Part shown: positions 48,566 through 50,873 of the stretch, piece after piece
How positions within the stretch are numbered: position 1 is the first letter of the stretch
How the letters are laid out: every line of letters starts with the position of its first letter
Source: Perkinsus chesapeaki ATCC PRA-425
Taxonomy: Eukaryota; Protista; Perkinsozoa
Length of the DNA: 50,873 bases
Reading direction: 5' to 3'
Assembly: GCA_013115145.1 (NCBI GenBank)
Contig: JAAPAO010000224.1
Span: forward strand, 1-50,873
Made by a program: the position numbers and the translations under genes
Notes under the pieces: model-generated
Told to the model about the DNA's origin: nothing
Databases searched by the model: none
The model's input: the letters and a program-made list of their open reading frames with translations, nothing else

Positions 48566-50089
48566 TAATGATAATCATCATCTTCAGTCTTCTTAAGACA
48601 CTGTGGTTGTCTAGTGCCAACCTCGTTGCGGAGTGGCCACTATTGCTAGCGTTTCGCTCTACACGACAGCTGTTGTGTTAACATGGTCAACGTTCAAGTG
48701 AGCTCCTACTACTCTAAAAGAAGAAGGATGTTTGCCAAGAAAAACTTTAGCAGGATTTCGTGCCAAACAAACTTCACAAGGAACTCAAACTCACCCCTCT
48801 TCCAAAACAAGTCCGATGGTTGAGGGGAGTAAACGACAACGTAAGAACATCTTGTACAACGAAAGTCACCAGTACATCGTCCCTACAGTGGGACTGAAGA
48901 GAGAACACTCTTATAGGGATATCATGCATTGGGAGAGACGGAGAAGTTCCAGTGTTGCGAAATGACCGGTCTTGAAGTACATTGGCGATCATGGTGGTGT
49001 CAACTCTAAGAGTTCACATAAGAGATACTCCCGTGAGGTGGCAATTTTAGGTTCACGTCAGGTTGTCATCCGTAAAGGGTGCAAAATAAGACAAGTAGAA
49101 CCCGTGATGTGTTGTAAAACCGATGAGTGTGGGAGGGAGTTCTAGATTCCCGTGCCGGTACTAGCGGCCAACTAGCGGATCGTAGTAACAACGACAGGTA
49201 GGACAACTCCTACGTGAAGCAGACGGCAGCCTGGGAGACCTAAGCTCAGGCGTAACCAAACCTAAGTGGCAGCGAGGCACCAACGACAGTGCTTCAATTT
49301 GAATCACTGTCTTTATCCACCGCAAAGTACGTTAGCCACTGTGAGCCATCGCGAAAAAACATTCTTCTGTTCAATGCGTGGGGCATTGGAGCTGTGCTGG
49401 TGTCGCTGGCGTGCCGTTGAGCTAACACGTAGTGACATCAGTACGGGATTTTGGATTTTCGACGTAACCCATGAGCACCAACCAACACAACACGCCGCCC
49501 ATTTCCCTGTGATATCAAACATTGGCGATTCGCGTGGGATGGGGTACTGAGCACCCGGTGAACTGTGATGGAGTATGGGACGCATAATATGCGTAATTTC
49601 GAACTGCATTGATGACACTTCCTTCTCAACGTGTTTTGTAGGCTGCACCTGTTCGGGTAGCATGATTGATTTCCCCAAGTCTTTCAGTACTATTTAAGGC
49701 TGGGATTCGTGAAATGAAATTAGTTTTTCATTGAAACCTACTGGAGGTGCATGGATTCAATTCACATTTTCAGTGAATGAATATCTAATGCTCCTCGTAA
49801 AACTTCCAAATTCGGTTTCCCGTTGATAATAACGACTTTTACTTCGTTTCGAGCTCAACTGAATATCGTCAAGTGAATACGACTATACATTCAAAGTCCA
49901 CCCAATTTCAGTAACCGAAACACAGACTTGAGCAAACTAAGATTAATCATGTTCGATAAATCTTGATAAGTCTTGCAGTCTTGAAATCCCTTGGGACCTG
50001 TGCGTTCCACGTGCATGCGTGCCGCCCTCATTCTACGTTGTCTTGCGTACATTACCGCGCTTATGGTGAGTTCTCCACGCAATCGTAGA

Positions 50090-50873
50090 GACGAAGGGAC
50101 TAAGGGTGGTATTGGTAAAAATAAGCGTCGCTCTCAGAAGTCTATAACTGGGGGTCTTGGTGGGGAAGAATACTTACATGCAAATGGACATAGTTTAAGT
50201 GTCACTGATCTTCCCCCTTCTCTTGGTGGTATTGGTTATGCGGCACCTTTTGAGGTTGTTAATCGATCATTCAATAGAAATGATTGTTTGGATGGTTTCC
50301 TATCAAGAACAATTGATGATAGTTTTGGTATAAGAGATAATGGTGGTCAAACTATACATGGTAAAATTGGTCTGTCATCATCATCAACACCATCATCATC
50401 AAATAACGATGATTCAACTTTATTGATGAGATTACTTTCTTCAGCATCAAATAATGTGAGCTCTGAGATATCTTGTTTAAATAATACAAATCATATTATA
50501 ACAAACTCCTCAATGTGGGGGGATACATCAACATCATCAACAACTAGTCAAACTAGAATACCATTAACAGTACCTGGTTTTATTAATTGTGATGGATTTA
50601 ATTCTACCGGAGGAGGAGGTGGAAATTATCAACTATCAAATCGGATATCAGATTTTAGAGATCAGAATACCAACTTCTCTACACTCTCCACTTCCGTTGG
50701 TTATCATCCTTCATTCAATAATATTTCGGTATTTACACCAACTGTTGGACATCATCATCCTCATCAACAACAGCAACAACCACAGTCAGAAGGTTTGTTG
50801 AATAATAATAATAATATTGTTGTTGGTAGAATAGCATCTGGTCGTAATATTGTAAATGATGATTCTAATGGTC
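50090..50873 (+). CDS. Partial low-complexity Ser/Asn-rich coding region, runs off window
   Basis: Long tca/aat-rich coding-like stretches; frame and splice sites unresolved. Confidence 0.3.

Overview
Gene-dense, intron-rich eukaryotic DNA, most likely from a perkinsid alveolate (Perkinsus-like). The window opens with 19 nt matching the Perkinsus spliced leader (ACC)GTAGCCATCTTGGCTCAAG, and most genes have short GT-AG introns. Recognisable genes: a two-dsRBD protein, a Cof-type HAD hydrolase, a NADAR/YbiA protein, a multi-pass membrane protein with a split TIR/HET-like domain, a DUF2415-type WD40 protein, two tandem adenosine deaminases (one intronless, one intron-rich), a DRC5/TCTE1-like LRR protein, an M1 aminopeptidase, an ARF GTPase, an F-box-like protein, an AP2-like protein and a BPNT1/IMPase-family phosphatase. 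Top leads: (1) four homologous 46-52 nt GT..AG intron-like elements with an internal inverted repeat at two loci (introner/MITE-like); (2) a membrane-interrupted TIR/HET-like protein keeping the WCxxE glutamate, just upstream of and co-directional with a bacterial-type NADAR gene; (3) spliced-leader relics ahead of intronless ORFs (mRNA retroposition); (4) an ADA pair sharing a 155-bp near-identical tract, with one copy lacking a conserved active-site Asp. All gene models and family calls were made by eye without database searches. Splice sites and several gene ends are provisional.
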